From the NCBI GenBank assembly GCA_047602405.1, contig JASGHJ010000001.1, positions 1,568,001 to 1,632,000 on the forward strand: a stretch of 64,000 nucleotides of DNA, written 5' to 3'. The position numbers and the translations under genes are program-made. This stretch comes from Anaeromyxobacteraceae bacterium (lineage in GTDB: Bacteria > Myxococcota > Myxococcia > Myxococcales > Anaeromyxobacteraceae). This document shows positions 45,994-57,057 of the stretch, piece after piece (the first letter of the stretch is position 1; each line of letters opens with the position of its first letter). The notes beneath the pieces are model-generated. The model was not told where the DNA came from and ran no database searches. It was given only the letters and a program-made list of their open reading frames with translations.

Positions 45994-47412
45994 GTGAGAA
46001 CGCCCGCCGGCCTCCTGCTCGCCGCCCTCGCGCTCGCCTGCGGCGCGTCGCGGGACGCCGGCCCGGTGAAGGTCGTCGTCGCCCCGGAGGCCGTGGCGCT
46101 CGCGACCGGGCAGTCGACGACGTTCTCCGCGACCGTCACCGGCACCTCCGACCACGCTGTGATCTGGTCGGTCGACGGCGGAGCGATCGACGCCACCGGC
46201 CGGTACACCGCGCCCGGCACGCCCGGCAGCTTCACGGTGACCGCGACGAGCACCGCCGACGCCTCGAGGTCCGGCCGCGCGCTCGTCCTCGTGAACGCGG
46301 GGGGCGCCTGCCTCGCCTCGGGCCTGCTCGCCTCGCTCGGGAAGTCGGACCTCCTCGTCGGCCTCTCCGGCGCGGACGCGAGCGCGGCCGCGGCGGCCTG
46401 GGATCTCCGCTACGTCTACCTCGCGGGCGTCGTGAAGGACCCCGCGGGCGCGTGCACGGGCCCGGGCTACTCGGCGTGGTGGGGCTGCTGGCAGGACCTC
46501 TCGCAGCCACCGGGCCAGTACGTGACCGGGTTCGTCTCGGCGGCCGCGGCGCGCGGCCAGGTGCCGATGTTCACGTACTACGTCCTGCTCCCCGCGAGCG
46601 GCGCCCCCGAGGGCGCGGGCGAGGTGGCGGCCGCGAAGGACGTGAGCTTCATGGCCACGTACCTGCGCGACTGGCGCTTCCTCCTGCAGCGGGTCGGCAC
46701 CTCGAAGGCGCTGCTGCACGTCGAGCCGGACCTCTGGGGCTACGCGGAGCAGGCGAACGCCGATCCGCACCAGGTCCCGGCCGCGGTCGCGACCGCGAAC
46801 CCGACCGACTGCGCCGGCCAGGAGAACTCCTTCGCGGGCCTCGGCCGCTGCATGATCGCGATGGTCCGCACCTACGCGCCGAACGCGATGGTGGGACTGC
46901 ACGCCTCGGCCTGGGGGACGAAGATCGACGTGCTCGGGAACACGAACGCGTCCTTCGACGTCGAGGCGGAGGGGCGGAAGCTGGGCGTCTGGCTCGCCGC
47001 GGCCGGCGCCGACGTCTCGGACTTCGTCGTCGCCGACCAGAGCGACCGCGACGCCGGCTACTACGCTTCGCTCGGCCGCGACACCTGGTGGGACGCGACG
47101 AACGCGACACTCCCGAACTTCCACCAGGCGCTCGCGTGGGCGAACGCGGTTGCGGGGGCGGTGGGGCGCCCCATCCTCTGGTGGCAGGTGCCGGTCGGGA
47201 ACCTGAACCAGGCGAACACGACCTCGCACTGGCAGGACAACCGGGTGCAGTACTTCTTCGACCACCCGGCGGAGTACGCGGCCTCCGGGGCCGTGGGCAT
47301 CGCGTTCGGGGCGGGGGCCGACGGCCAGACCGTCCCCGAGACGGACGGGGGCTACCTCGTCTCGCGCGCGAAGGCCTACCTCGACGCGGGCGGGACGCCC
47401 GCCTGCCCGTAG
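45994..47412 (+). CDS. Lipoprotein with Ig-like domain and putative glycoside-hydrolase-like domain
   Basis: Lipobox LALAC; V.WSV.GG.I...G.YTAP; aromatic-rich domain containing HVEPDLWG. Confidence 0.65.
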   Translation: MRTPAGLLLAALALACGASRDAGPVKVVVAPEAVALATGQSTTFSATVTGTSDHAVIWSVDGGAIDATGRYTAPGTPGSFTVTATSTADASRSGRALVLVNAGGACLASGLLASLGKSDLLVGLSGADASAAAAAWDLRYVYLAGVVKDPAGACTGPGYSAWWGCWQDLSQPPGQYVTGFVSAAAARGQVPMFTYYVLLPASGAPEGAGEVAAAKDVSFMATYLRDWRFLLQRVGTSKALLHVEPDLWGYAEQANADPHQVPAAVATANPTDCAGQENSFAGLGRCMIAMVRTYAPNAMVGLHASAWGTKIDVLGNTNASFDVEAEGRKLGVWLAAAGADVSDFVVADQSDRDAGYYASLGRDTWWDATNATLPNFHQALAWANAVAGAVGRPILWWQVPVGNLNQANTTSHWQDNRVQYFFDHPAEYAASGAVGIAFGAGADGQTVPETDGGYLVSRAKAYLDAGGTPACP

Positions 47413-47493
47413 CCCGTTCGTCCTTCGACAGGCACGTGACGCACGGATCGGCTCCCGGGCGCGGCCCCCGCTCCGCCTCCGATGGGTATCTGG

Positions 47494-47526
47494 CTTGACG
47501 GGCATATGCCTGGAGCAGCATATACC
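47494..47526 (+). promoter_or_regulatory. Promoter and operator of the ArsR-SRPBCC operon
   Basis: TTGACG followed by the inverted repeat ATATGC-N8-GCATAT. Confidence 0.55.
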
Positions 47527-47530
47527 TCCC

Positions 47531-47896
47531 ATGGAATCCACGTTCGCGATCGTCGCGGAGCCGAACCGGCGGGCGATCCTGAGCATGCTCGCCGCCTCCG
47601 AGCGCTCGGTCGGCGAGCTCGAGAAGAAGCTCCGGCTGACCCAGACCTCGGTGTCGAAGCACCTGCGGGTGCTGCGCGAGGCCGGGTTCGTCGAGGCGCG
47701 GGTCGATGCGCAGCGGCGGGTCTACCGCATCCGGCCGGAGCCGCTCCGGGAGATCGACGACTGGCTGCAGCCCTTCCGGCGCTACTGGTCGGCGCACGTC
47801 GACGCGCTCGAGCGGCACCTCGACCGGATGGAGGCGCGCAAGGGCCAGGCGCCGAAGGGGCACGTCTCCAGGGGACCAGGAAAGGACGAGCGATGA
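47531..47896 (+). CDS. ArsR/SmtB family regulator
   Basis: AEPNRRAIL, SVSKHLRVLREAG and DAQRRVYR motifs. Confidence 0.92.
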   Translation: MESTFAIVAEPNRRAILSMLAASERSVGELEKKLRLTQTSVSKHLRVLREAGFVEARVDAQRRVYRIRPEPLREIDDWLQPFRRYWSAHVDALERHLDRMEARKGQAPKGHVSRGPGKDER

Positions 47897-48432
47897 GCAC
47901 GAAGCGCGGTGACTACACGCCGGGGCCCGCGGAGGGCGCCCGGGTCGAGAAGGACGGCGAGCACTGGACGCTGGTCCTGGTGCGGGACCTCCGCCACCCG
48001 CCGGCGCTCGTCTGGGAGGCGCTCACCGATCCCGCCGAGCTCGTCGAGTGGGCGCCGTTCGACTCCGACCGGAGCCTCGCCGCGCCGGGGCCGGTGACGC
48101 TCTCGACGGTCGGGGCGCCCACGCCCCAGGTCCAGGCGTGCGAGGTCACGCGCGCCGACGCGCACCGGCTGCTCGAGTTCACCTGGGGCGGCAACGCGCT
48201 CCGCTGGGAGCTCGAGCCGCAGGGCGCCGGGACGCGGCTCACGCTCTGGCACGACATCGACCGTCGCTTCATCGCGTGGGGCGCCGCGGGCTGGCACCTC
48301 TGCCTCGACGTCCTCGACCGCTTCCTCTCGGGCGCGCCCATCGGCCGGATCGTGGGCGTGGACGCGATGCAGTTCGAGGGCTGGCAGCGGTTGACGGCGG
48401 AGTACACGAAGCAGTTCGAGGGCGCTCGCTGA
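47893..48432 (+). CDS. SRPBCC/AHA1-family protein
   Basis: VWEALTDP, LEFTWG, GTRLTL.H and AGWH motifs. Confidence 0.9.
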   Translation: MSTKRGDYTPGPAEGARVEKDGEHWTLVLVRDLRHPPALVWEALTDPAELVEWAPFDSDRSLAAPGPVTLSTVGAPTPQVQACEVTRADAHRLLEFTWGGNALRWELEPQGAGTRLTLWHDIDRRFIAWGAAGWHLCLDVLDRFLSGAPIGRIVGVDAMQFEGWQRLTAEYTKQFEGAR

Positions 48433-48453
48433 GCGCCGGAACGGGGTGAAGCC

Positions 48454-48834
48454 ATGGACGTCTTCCTCAAGGTCGTGCAGATCCTCCTCGCCCTCCACAC
48501 CGCGATGGGCGCCGCCTGGAAGTTCACGACGCCCGTGACGGCGGTGCCGTCGCTCTCGGCGCTGACGCAGGGCGGCTGGCTCGGGCTCGGCGTGATCGAG
48601 CTCTTCCTCGCGGTCGGGCTCGTGCTGCCGGCGCGGTCGCGGGCGCTCGCGCGCGCGGCCCCGCTCGCCGCGGCCGGCGTCGGCGCCGAGATGCTGCTCT
48701 TCACCGCGGTGAGCCTCGCCTCCGGCGCAGGCCAGCCCGGGGAGATCGGCTACTGGCTCGTCGTGGCCGCGATCTGCGGGTTCGTCGTCTGGGGTCGCGC
48801 GGTCCGCACGCCGGCGGCGGTCCCCTCGGCCTGA
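48454..48834 (+). CDS. DoxX-like membrane protein
   Basis: Four TM helices; G..E...A.GL.LP. Confidence 0.75.
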   Translation: MDVFLKVVQILLALHTAMGAAWKFTTPVTAVPSLSALTQGGWLGLGVIELFLAVGLVLPARSRALARAAPLAAAGVGAEMLLFTAVSLASGAGQPGEIGYWLVVAAICGFVVWGRAVRTPAAVPSA

Positions 48835-48876
48835 CGCACCGCGGCCGGCGGTGGCGAAGACCCTCGTGAACGGGGT

Positions 48877-49995
48877 CTACACGCCCTGACCCGTCGCGCC
48901 CATCGCCGCGTCGATCGTCTCCGCGAGGTAGCGCGCGGCGAGGCCGACGGTGCCGTCGTTCCCCGCCGCGTCGCGCCCGAGGCCGGGCGCGACCTCCATC
49001 ACGTCGCCGCCGCAGAGGCCCACCTCCCGGCCGAGCCGCCGGATGAGCTCGGAGACGAAGTCCGGGGTGAGCCCGCCCGGCTCCGGCGTGCCGGTCGCGT
49101 CGGCCCAGCGCTCGTCGGTGCCGTCGATGTCGTTCGAGAGGTACACCGCGCGGACGCCGCTCGCCCGCACGTGCCGCACGATGGCGTCCACCGCGGCGGC
49201 GGGGTCGCGGTTCACGTCCTCGGCCCAGAACTGCCGCACGCCGAGCGTCGTCTCCCAGTGGTCGCGGGTGCGGCGCGTGGCGCGGATGCCGACCTGCACC
49301 ATCCGCCCGCCGCGCCCGACGAGGTCGTTCGCGTGGAACGACCACGTGCCGAAGCAGTAGCGGACGCCGAGCCGCTCCTCGAGGAGGTCGGTGTGGGCGT
49401 CGAGCTGCACGATGCCCAGGCCCGGCACGTGCGGGGCGAGCGCCTTCACGACCGGCCAGGCGCAGGAGTGGTCGCCGCCCAGCGCGAAGACCTTCGCCTG
49501 GGGGTTCACCGACAGCGCGAGCTCGAGGGCGCGCTCGGCGATGGAGAGCGGGGACACCGGCAGGACGCCCGCGTCGGCGGCGCCCGGGTAGAGCGCCGCC
49601 CGCGAGGCGGCGAGCTGGGCGGCCGAGAGCATGTCGTCGTGGAGGAGCTGCGGGACGACGAACACGTCGCCGAGGTCCACGAGGCCCGCGGCGCGAGCGC
49701 GCTCGGCCCGGCGCGGGTCGTCCGCGAGCAGCCGCGCGCGGAGGGCGCCGGGCCCCAGGTTCGCGCCGCGGCGGAAGCCGGCGCCCACGTCGGACGGGAT
49801 CCCGAGCAGGAACCCCCGCGCGGTCGCGAGGCGGGCGAGGTCCTCCCGCCAGCGCGCCTGCACGCCGGCCTCGTCGGCGGCGCCGTAGAGCGAGCGCTGG
49901 AGCGCCTCCTGCTCGGCCTTGCCGGTGGAGACGAGGTGGATGCCGCCGCCCGCGGGGCGGAGCAGGCGGGAGAGGGTGTCGGCGGGCGTCGTCAC
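48877..49995 (-). CDS. Arginase/agmatinase family ureohydrolase
   Basis: GGDHS, DAHTD, SNDIDG.D and TG.PEPGG motifs. Confidence 0.9.
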   Translation of the reverse strand: MTTPADTLSRLLRPAGGGIHLVSTGKAEQEALQRSLYGAADEAGVQARWREDLARLATARGFLLGIPSDVGAGFRRGANLGPGALRARLLADDPRRAERARAAGLVDLGDVFVVPQLLHDDMLSAAQLAASRAALYPGAADAGVLPVSPLSIAERALELALSVNPQAKVFALGGDHSCAWPVVKALAPHVPGLGIVQLDAHTDLLEERLGVRYCFGTWSFHANDLVGRGGRMVQVGIRATRRTRDHWETTLGVRQFWAEDVNRDPAAAVDAIVRHVRASGVRAVYLSNDIDGTDERWADATGTPEPGGLTPDFVSELIRRLGREVGLCGGDVMEVAPGLGRDAAGNDGTVGLAARYLAETIDAAMGATGQGV

Positions 49996-50009
49996 GCCCG
50001 TCCTTTACC

Positions 50010-51555
50010 TCACGCCTTCCAGGCGCGCACGAACTCCACGAGGGTGCGCACCCCGAAGCCGGTGCCGGCCTTCGGCACGTAGCCGCGCTCCCGGCCGGAG
50101 TGCGACGGGCCCGCGATGTCGAGGTGGGCCCAGGGCGTGTCCTTCGCGAAGGCGTGCAGGAAGTGACCGGCGCTGATGGCGCCGCCGAGGCGGTCGCCGG
50201 TGTTCTTGAGGTCCGCGCGGTCGCTCTTGAGCGACTCCTTCAGGGACTCGGTGAGCGGGAGCCGCCAGACCTCCTCGCCGGCGGCGCGCGCCGCGGCGAC
50301 GACGCCCTCCACCACGGGGCCGTCCGGGCCCATCAGGCCGGCGGTGGTCGGCCCGAGCGCGACCATGCAGGCGCCGGTGAGCGTCGCGACGTCGATCATC
50401 GCGGCGGGCTTCATCGTCGCGGCGGCCCAGGCGAGGACGTCGCCGAGGACGAGGCGGCCCTCGGCGTCGGTGTTGGTGATCTCGACGGTCTTGCCGGCGT
50501 AGGAGGTGAGGACGTCGGTCACCTTGTACGCGCGGCCGCCCGGCATGTTCTCGCAGGCGCCGAGCACCGCGTGGACCGGGAACTCCGGCTTCACCATCGC
50601 GACCACGCGGATGGCGGCGAGCACCGCGGCGGAGCCCGCCATGTCGGTGTGCATGTGCTGCATGTTCTCGTTCGACTTGAGCGAGAGGCCGCCGGAGTCG
50701 AACGTGATGGCCTTGCCGACGAGCACGACCGGCGGCCGCTTCGCGCCGGCGCCCTTCGGCACGTAGCTCACCTTCACGAGGCGGGGCTGCTCGGCCGAGC
50801 CGCGCGTCACGCCGAGGAACATGCCCATGCCGAGCTTCGCGATCTCGGCGGGGCCCTGCACCTCGATGGCGAGCCCCGCCTTCTTGGCGAGCGCGCGGGC
50901 CTCCTCGGCGAGCCGGGCCGGCGTGAGGTCGGCGGGCCCGAGGTTCACCATGTCGCGCGCCCAGGCCGTGGCGTCGGCGAGCTCGCGGGCGAGGGCGACC
51001 GCCTCCTTCACCGCGGCGGTGCGGGCGACGAGCGCCGGGACGACCACCGTGAGGCCGGAGAGCTTCGCCTTCTTCGAGGGCTCGGTCTTGTAGCGCTCGA
51101 ACACGTACGCGCCGAGCAGCACGCCCTCGGTCGCGGCCCGGGCGGCGCCGGCGGCCTCGTTGCCCTCCGCGCCCTCGGGGAGCGTGATGACGAGCTTCGC
51201 GGCGCCCGCGCGCGCCGCCGCCCGCGCGGCCTGACCGCCGGCCTGCCGGAGCGCCTCGCGCGCGTCCTGGGGCCACGGCGCCGCGCCGGCCTTCTTCCCG
51301 CCGAGGCCGAGCACCACGACGCGCGCGGCCTTGAGCTTGCCGAGCGTCTGGATCGTGAGCTCCTGCCCGGCCTTCGCCTCGAACCGCTCGGCGTCCGCGG
51401 CGGCGTAGAGCGCGCCCCCGAGGGCGCGGTCGACGGCGGCGACGCGTGCGCCGCGGAGGTCCTCGGCGTGCACCGGGACGGCGAGGACGTCGGTGACGAG
51501 GGTCAGCGGATCCACGCCGGCGGTCTGGACGGCGATTCTGGCTGGGATGGGGCAT
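50010..51555 (-). CDS. pepA: Leucyl aminopeptidase (M17), apparent +1 frameshift near the start
   Basis: GKAITFDSGG, DMAG, NTDAEGRL, ATLTGA and HLDIAG; GGAG-preceded ATG 51555 joins the main frame if one A at about 51536 is removed (MPHPSQIAVQ). Confidence 0.9.
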
Positions 51556-51580
51556 CGGGGTCTCCGTCGGAGGGGGTTCG

Positions 51581-53113
<1,533 letters not shown>

Positions 53114-53125
53114 GCGCCGGCGATT

Positions 53126-54295
53126 CTACCCCGGCCGCGCCGACGCCGAACCTTCCCGACCTCCCACGGCGGCCTCGAGGACGCGCTCCAGCCGCTCGGC
53201 CACGAGGGGCCAGAGGAATCGCGACGCGACGCGCTGCCGGCCACGCGAACCGAGGGTGCGCGCGCGGGCCGGCTCGGCCAGCAAGGCGGACAGGGCGTCC
53301 GCGAGCGCGGCCGGATCGCCCGGCGGGACCAGGAGCCCGCAGGCCCCGTGGCCCAGGATCTCCGGCACCGCCTCGAGCGCCGTCCCCACGCAGGGGAGGC
53401 CGCAGGCCATGGCGTCCAGGAAGGCGAGGCCGAACGGCTCCTGCAGGGTGGGCAGCGCGAAGACGGTCGTCCGGGCGAACAGGGCGGGGAGCCCCTCGTA
53501 CGGGACGGGCCCGAGCAGGGTCGCTCCCGCGGGGAGGGGGTCGGGCAAGGACGGCGGGCCCGCGATGAGGAGCCGGGCGCCGGGGAGGCGGTGCCGGACA
53601 CGCGCGAAGGCCTCGAGGAGGACCCGCCCGCCCTTGCGGGCGAACTCGCGCCCGACGAAGGCGATGGTGCGGCCGTCGTCGTCGCGCGGCGCCGTGGCCG
53701 GGAAGACGTTCGCGCCGGCGCCCACCACGTGGACGCGCTCCGGGTCGACGCCGTAGTCGTCGACGAGCGAGCGCGCGGCGTTCTCGCTGAAGGTCGCGAG
53801 CGCCCGGGCGCCGCGGTAGGTGCGGGCCTCGCGCTCGCGCCAGCCGGGGCCGTAGTCGACCGGCGGGAGGAGCCCCGCCTCGGGGAACGGCCGCGCCCGC
53901 ATCGCGAGCGCGCGGGTGTGGTCGAGGAGGAGGGCGTACGGCAGCCGCGGCGGCAGCCCCGGCGCGAAGAGCGCCCCGTTCTGGAGCACGACCTCCGGCG
54001 CGGACGCGAGCGCGTCGAGCGCGGCGCCGGCCTCGCGGGAGTGCAGGTCGAACGCGAAGGGGGTGTTGAACCGGTGCGCGAGCGCGCGCCCGCCGAAGCG
54101 CGCGGCCGAGATGGCGAGGTGGGCGAGCACCGCCGGCGTCGGCCGCGGCCAGCGGGTGCGCCGGTCGCGCAGGTCGAGCGTGCCGAACACCTCGACCGGC
54201 GTGACGCGGTGGCCGCGCAGCTCGAGCGTGCGCGCCACCTGGGTGGTCACGCCGCTCTGCTCGCCGTAGTTCGCGTAGGCGATGGAGAGCCCCAT
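53126..54295 (-). CDS. GT4 family glycosyltransferase
   Basis: FVGR..RKG and EPFGLAFLDAMACGLP motifs. Confidence 0.9.
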   Translation of the reverse strand: MGLSIAYANYGEQSGVTTQVARTLELRGHRVTPVEVFGTLDLRDRRTRWPRPTPAVLAHLAISAARFGGRALAHRFNTPFAFDLHSREAGAALDALASAPEVVLQNGALFAPGLPPRLPYALLLDHTRALAMRARPFPEAGLLPPVDYGPGWREREARTYRGARALATFSENAARSLVDDYGVDPERVHVVGAGANVFPATAPRDDDGRTIAFVGREFARKGGRVLLEAFARVRHRLPGARLLIAGPPSLPDPLPAGATLLGPVPYEGLPALFARTTVFALPTLQEPFGLAFLDAMACGLPCVGTALEAVPEILGHGACGLLVPPGDPAALADALSALLAEPARARTLGSRGRQRVASRFLWPLVAERLERVLEAAVGGREGSASARPG

Positions 54296-54363
54296 CGCCT
54301 GGAAGGTGCGGACGCCGGCGGGCCCACGGAGGCACCCGCCTGGCCCGCTCCGGGACGGGCGGT

Positions 54364-54745
54364 TCAGCCCTTCTCGGGCACCGAGGCCGGCCGCTCACCG
54401 TGCCGCGCGGTCACGACCGTCCGGATGCCGCCGCGGACCGCGAAGTCGCCGACGACCTCGATCCAGCGCGGCTGGATGGCCGCCACGATGTCGTCGCAGA
54501 TTCTTGTTCGTGACGGCCTCGTGGAACGCGCCCTCGTCCCGGTACGACCAGAGGTAGAGCTTGAGGCTCTTCAGCTCGACGCAGCGCTCGGCCGGGACGT
54601 ACCGGAGCCGGATGATCGCGAAGTCCGGCTGCCCGGTCATCGGGCAGACGCACGTGAACTCCGGACAGTCCATGGCGATCTCGAACGGACGATCGGGCTT
54701 CGGGTTCGGGAAGGTCTGCAGGTCTCGGGAAGGCTTCGAGGGCAT
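54364..54745 (-). CDS. queF: preQ0 reductase (type I QueF), apparent +1 frameshift at about 54501
   Basis: [27 protein letters not shown]; after AAG(A)ATC the frame continues [22 protein letters not shown] to TGA 54364. Confidence 0.92.
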
Positions 54746-54875
54746 GGTCGTTTGTCGCGGGAGGAGGAATCCGAACGGGTGAGGGGCCTCGAGTTTTCGA
54801 GATCGGGGATGGAAATCCTACTCCCCGGAACCCCGGTCCTGCCGCCAAGCCCCTGTAACCTCGTCCATCGCCGGG

Positions 54876-54892
54876 AGGCAAGCCGTTTGCTA
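54876..54892 (+). promoter_or_regulatory. Sigma54-type -24/-12 promoter
   Basis: AGGCAAGCCGTTTGCTA, i.e. GG-N10-GC with TTGC. Confidence 0.55.
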
Positions 54893-54936
54893 ATCCGAAC
54901 CACGAGCGGCGCGTTCGCCTTCCTCAAGGAGGCAGC

Positions 54937-55131
54937 ATGAAGCGGTTCGGACGTCGTACCCGCAGCACCAGCACCCCCCGCCGGCTCGTCACGACGCTCG
55001 GCGACCTCATCTCGGCCGCCTACGACGCGGTGCCCGGCCTCGGCCGCGACCGGGTCGAGCGCGCCCTGAAGCTGTTGACCCGCTCGCCGCTCGCGCGGCA
55101 GCTCAACCCTCACGTGGAGTTCGTTCGCTAG
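54937..55131 (+). CDS. Small basic protein
   Basis: Strong AAGGAGG RBS; TTLGDLISAAYD. Confidence 0.75.
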   Translation: MKRFGRRTRSTSTPRRLVTTLGDLISAAYDAVPGLGRDRVERALKLLTRSPLARQLNPHVEFVR

Positions 55132-55242
55132 GACGCGCTTCTCCCCTGCTGGAGGCGTCGTCCCCTCGACGTCTCCGCGTCACTACGCAGGACGAGCTCC
55201 ACATTCATCGGGCCTGGCGACCGCCGCCAGGCCCGATGTCTT

Positions 55243-55313
55243 TGTTGCACGGGGGGCCGTAGGCCCCCCGCCCCGTCGAGCGGAGCTCGCCGGGGCCCCA
55301 CCCCTGGATCAGC
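55243..55313 (-). repeat. Repeat family B without an A insert
   Basis: TGTTGCACGGGGGGCCGTAGGCCCCCCGCCCCGTCGAGCGGAGCTCGCCGGGGCCCCACCCC. Confidence 0.85.
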
Positions 55314-55431
55314 TCCGCGCTCCCGCGCCTTTGGCGCGGGGGCGCTTCGCTGGCGGGATCCTGGGGGCGGTCTGATGGGGTTCTGGGGGCGGGGTGCTGG
55401 CGGCGGGGTTCCGGGGGTGGGGTGGTTCCCC

Positions 55432-57057
55432 TCACTCTCCGCTCATCCTGAGCGTAGGCCCGCGGACGCGAAGCGTCCCGCGGGCCGGAGTCGAAGGACG
55501 GTCGTTCGCGACCACCGGGCGAGGCCAGGCGGGCTGGGGGGTGCCCTGGGCGCGCGGGAGGTAGAGCACGTAGCGGCCGATGCGGCGCACGGGCTCGTAG
55601 GCGCCGCGGATGGCGGCCGCGACGCCCTCGCCGAGGTGGACCTTCGAGTACCAGCGGGCGAACTCGGGGTCGTCGAGGTCCCAGTAGAGCACCACCGCAG
55701 CGAAGCTCCGCGATCGCAGGCGCTGCTCGAGCGGCTGCGCCACGCCGGCATCCCTCGCGGCCGCCAGGCGGAGCATGAACGGGTCGAGGAGGTACGGGCG
55801 CTCGCCGCGCAGGAGCGGGAGGAGCGGATCCTCCGAGAGGATCGAGCCCGGCGGCAGCCAGGCCGAGACCGCGCGGAGGTCGCGGAGCCGGGTGGAGTCC
55901 CGGTGGTCCACCGCGCCGAGGTGGAGGGCCGCCGCGAGCCCGGCGACGGCGGCGAGCGGCGCGAGCGCGCGCGCCACCCACCGGGCGCGGCGCCCGGCCT
56001 CCCAGGCGCCCGCGAACGCGGCGGCGGACGCGGCCTCGGCCTCGATGAGGTGGTTCGAGGTGGTGCCGGGCGACGAGAAGACGACGACGGCGCCCGCGAG
56101 CGCGGCGAGCAGCCAGAGCGCGGGCAGGGCGGCGGGGGCGAGCGGGCCGGTCCGCGCCGCGCGGAGGTGGCCCGGGGCCGCCGCCAGCGCCGCGGCGAGC
56201 CCGGCGCAGAGGAGCACGATCCCGGCGCGGTCCTCGTGCACGAGCTCGCCGACGAGCCGCGCGGGGCCGCGGAGGAGGTCGGCGGGGCCCGCGCCGCCCG
56301 CGGCGCAGGCGGCGAGGAGCGCGAGGAAGCGGCCGTCGGAGAGGGCGTCGGCGGCGCCCACGACCGCGGCGGCGAGCGCGGCGACCCCGGTCGCGAGCGC
56401 CACCGCGGCCCGGCGATCGCCGCGCAGGAGGAGCCACGCCGCGCCCGCCGCGGGCGCGGTCAGCGCGGTGGGCTTCGCCGCGAAGGCGAGGCCGAAGGCG
56501 AGCACGGCGAGGACGAGCCGGGTCCGCACCCGGTCCGGGATCCCGGCGAGCAGCGCGAGGCCGAGCGCCGAGAGCCCGACGGGCAGGAGATCCCCCCGCG
56601 CGGAGGTGAGCGCCTCCTGCGGCGCCAGCGCCGCGAAGGCGAGCACCGCGAGCGCGGCCGCGATCGGGGGCCCGCGCCCGCAGCCGCGTGCGAGCGCGTA
56701 CACGCCCGCGAGCACCGAGAGCCCCGAGGCGAGCGAGAGCAGGTAGCCCGCGGCGAGGAGGTCGGCGCCCGCGGTCCGGAGCGCCGCGTGCAGCGAGAAG
56801 AGGAGCGGGAAGAACCGGGTGCCGCCGGTGCCGAGCGCGGGGTCGACGAGCGGGCGGTAGAAGGTGCCGTGCGCGAGGTCCTCGGCGAGCGCCAGCCAGG
56901 CGCCCGAGACGTGGTTGAGCGCGTCGCCGCTCGACCACGCGGCCGGGAGCCGGAGCGCGGTCGCGAGCGCGAGCGCGGAGGCGGTGGTCACGAGGGCGGC
57001 CACGCCGAGCGTCGCCGGGCGCCGGGCCGGCGCGGGGACCGGGGCGGGGACGATCAC
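55432..57057 (-). CDS. Multi-TM membrane protein, GT-C/ArnT-like
   Basis: GTG overlapping the flippase stop; YRP, FFPL, RGD.L and AKPT motifs; many TM helices. Confidence 0.65.
   Translation of the reverse strand: MIVPAPVPAPARRPATLGVAALVTTASALALATALRLPAAWSSGDALNHVSGAWLALAEDLAHGTFYRPLVDPALGTGGTRFFPLLFSLHAALRTAGADLLAAGYLLSLASGLSVLAGVYALARGCGRGPPIAAALAVLAFAALAPQEALTSARGDLLPVGLSALGLALLAGIPDRVRTRLVLAVLAFGLAFAAKPTALTAPAAGAAWLLLRGDRRAAVALATGVAALAAAVVGAADALSDGRFLALLAACAAGGAGPADLLRGPARLVGELVHEDRAGIVLLCAGLAAALAAAPGHLRAARTGPLAPAALPALWLLAALAGAVVVFSSPGTTSNHLIEAEAASAAAFAGAWEAGRRARWVARALAPLAAVAGLAAALHLGAVDHRDSTRLRDLRAVSAWLPPGSILSEDPLLPLLRGERPYLLDPFMLRLAAARDAGVAQPLEQRLRSRSFAAVVLYWDLDDPEFARWYSKVHLGEGVAAAIRGAYEPVRRIGRYVLYLPRAQGTPQPAWPRPVVANDRPSTPARGTLRVRGPTLRMSGE
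55439..55499 (-). repeat. Repeat family A encoding a membrane protein C-terminus
   Basis: CCGCTCATCCTGAGCGTAGGCCCGCG...CGCGGGCCGGAGTCGAAGGACG. Confidence 0.88.

Noticed and set aside
54746..54936. preQ1 riboswitch upstream of queF
   Set aside because: No recognisable preQ1 stem-loop or A-rich tail on the minus strand; an Rfam scan would be decisive
55375..55430. G-rich tract (also 36695-36735 and 63386-63420) as G-quadruplex or third repeat family
   Set aside because: G-runs are expected at this GC content and similarity among the three sites is too weak to call by eye
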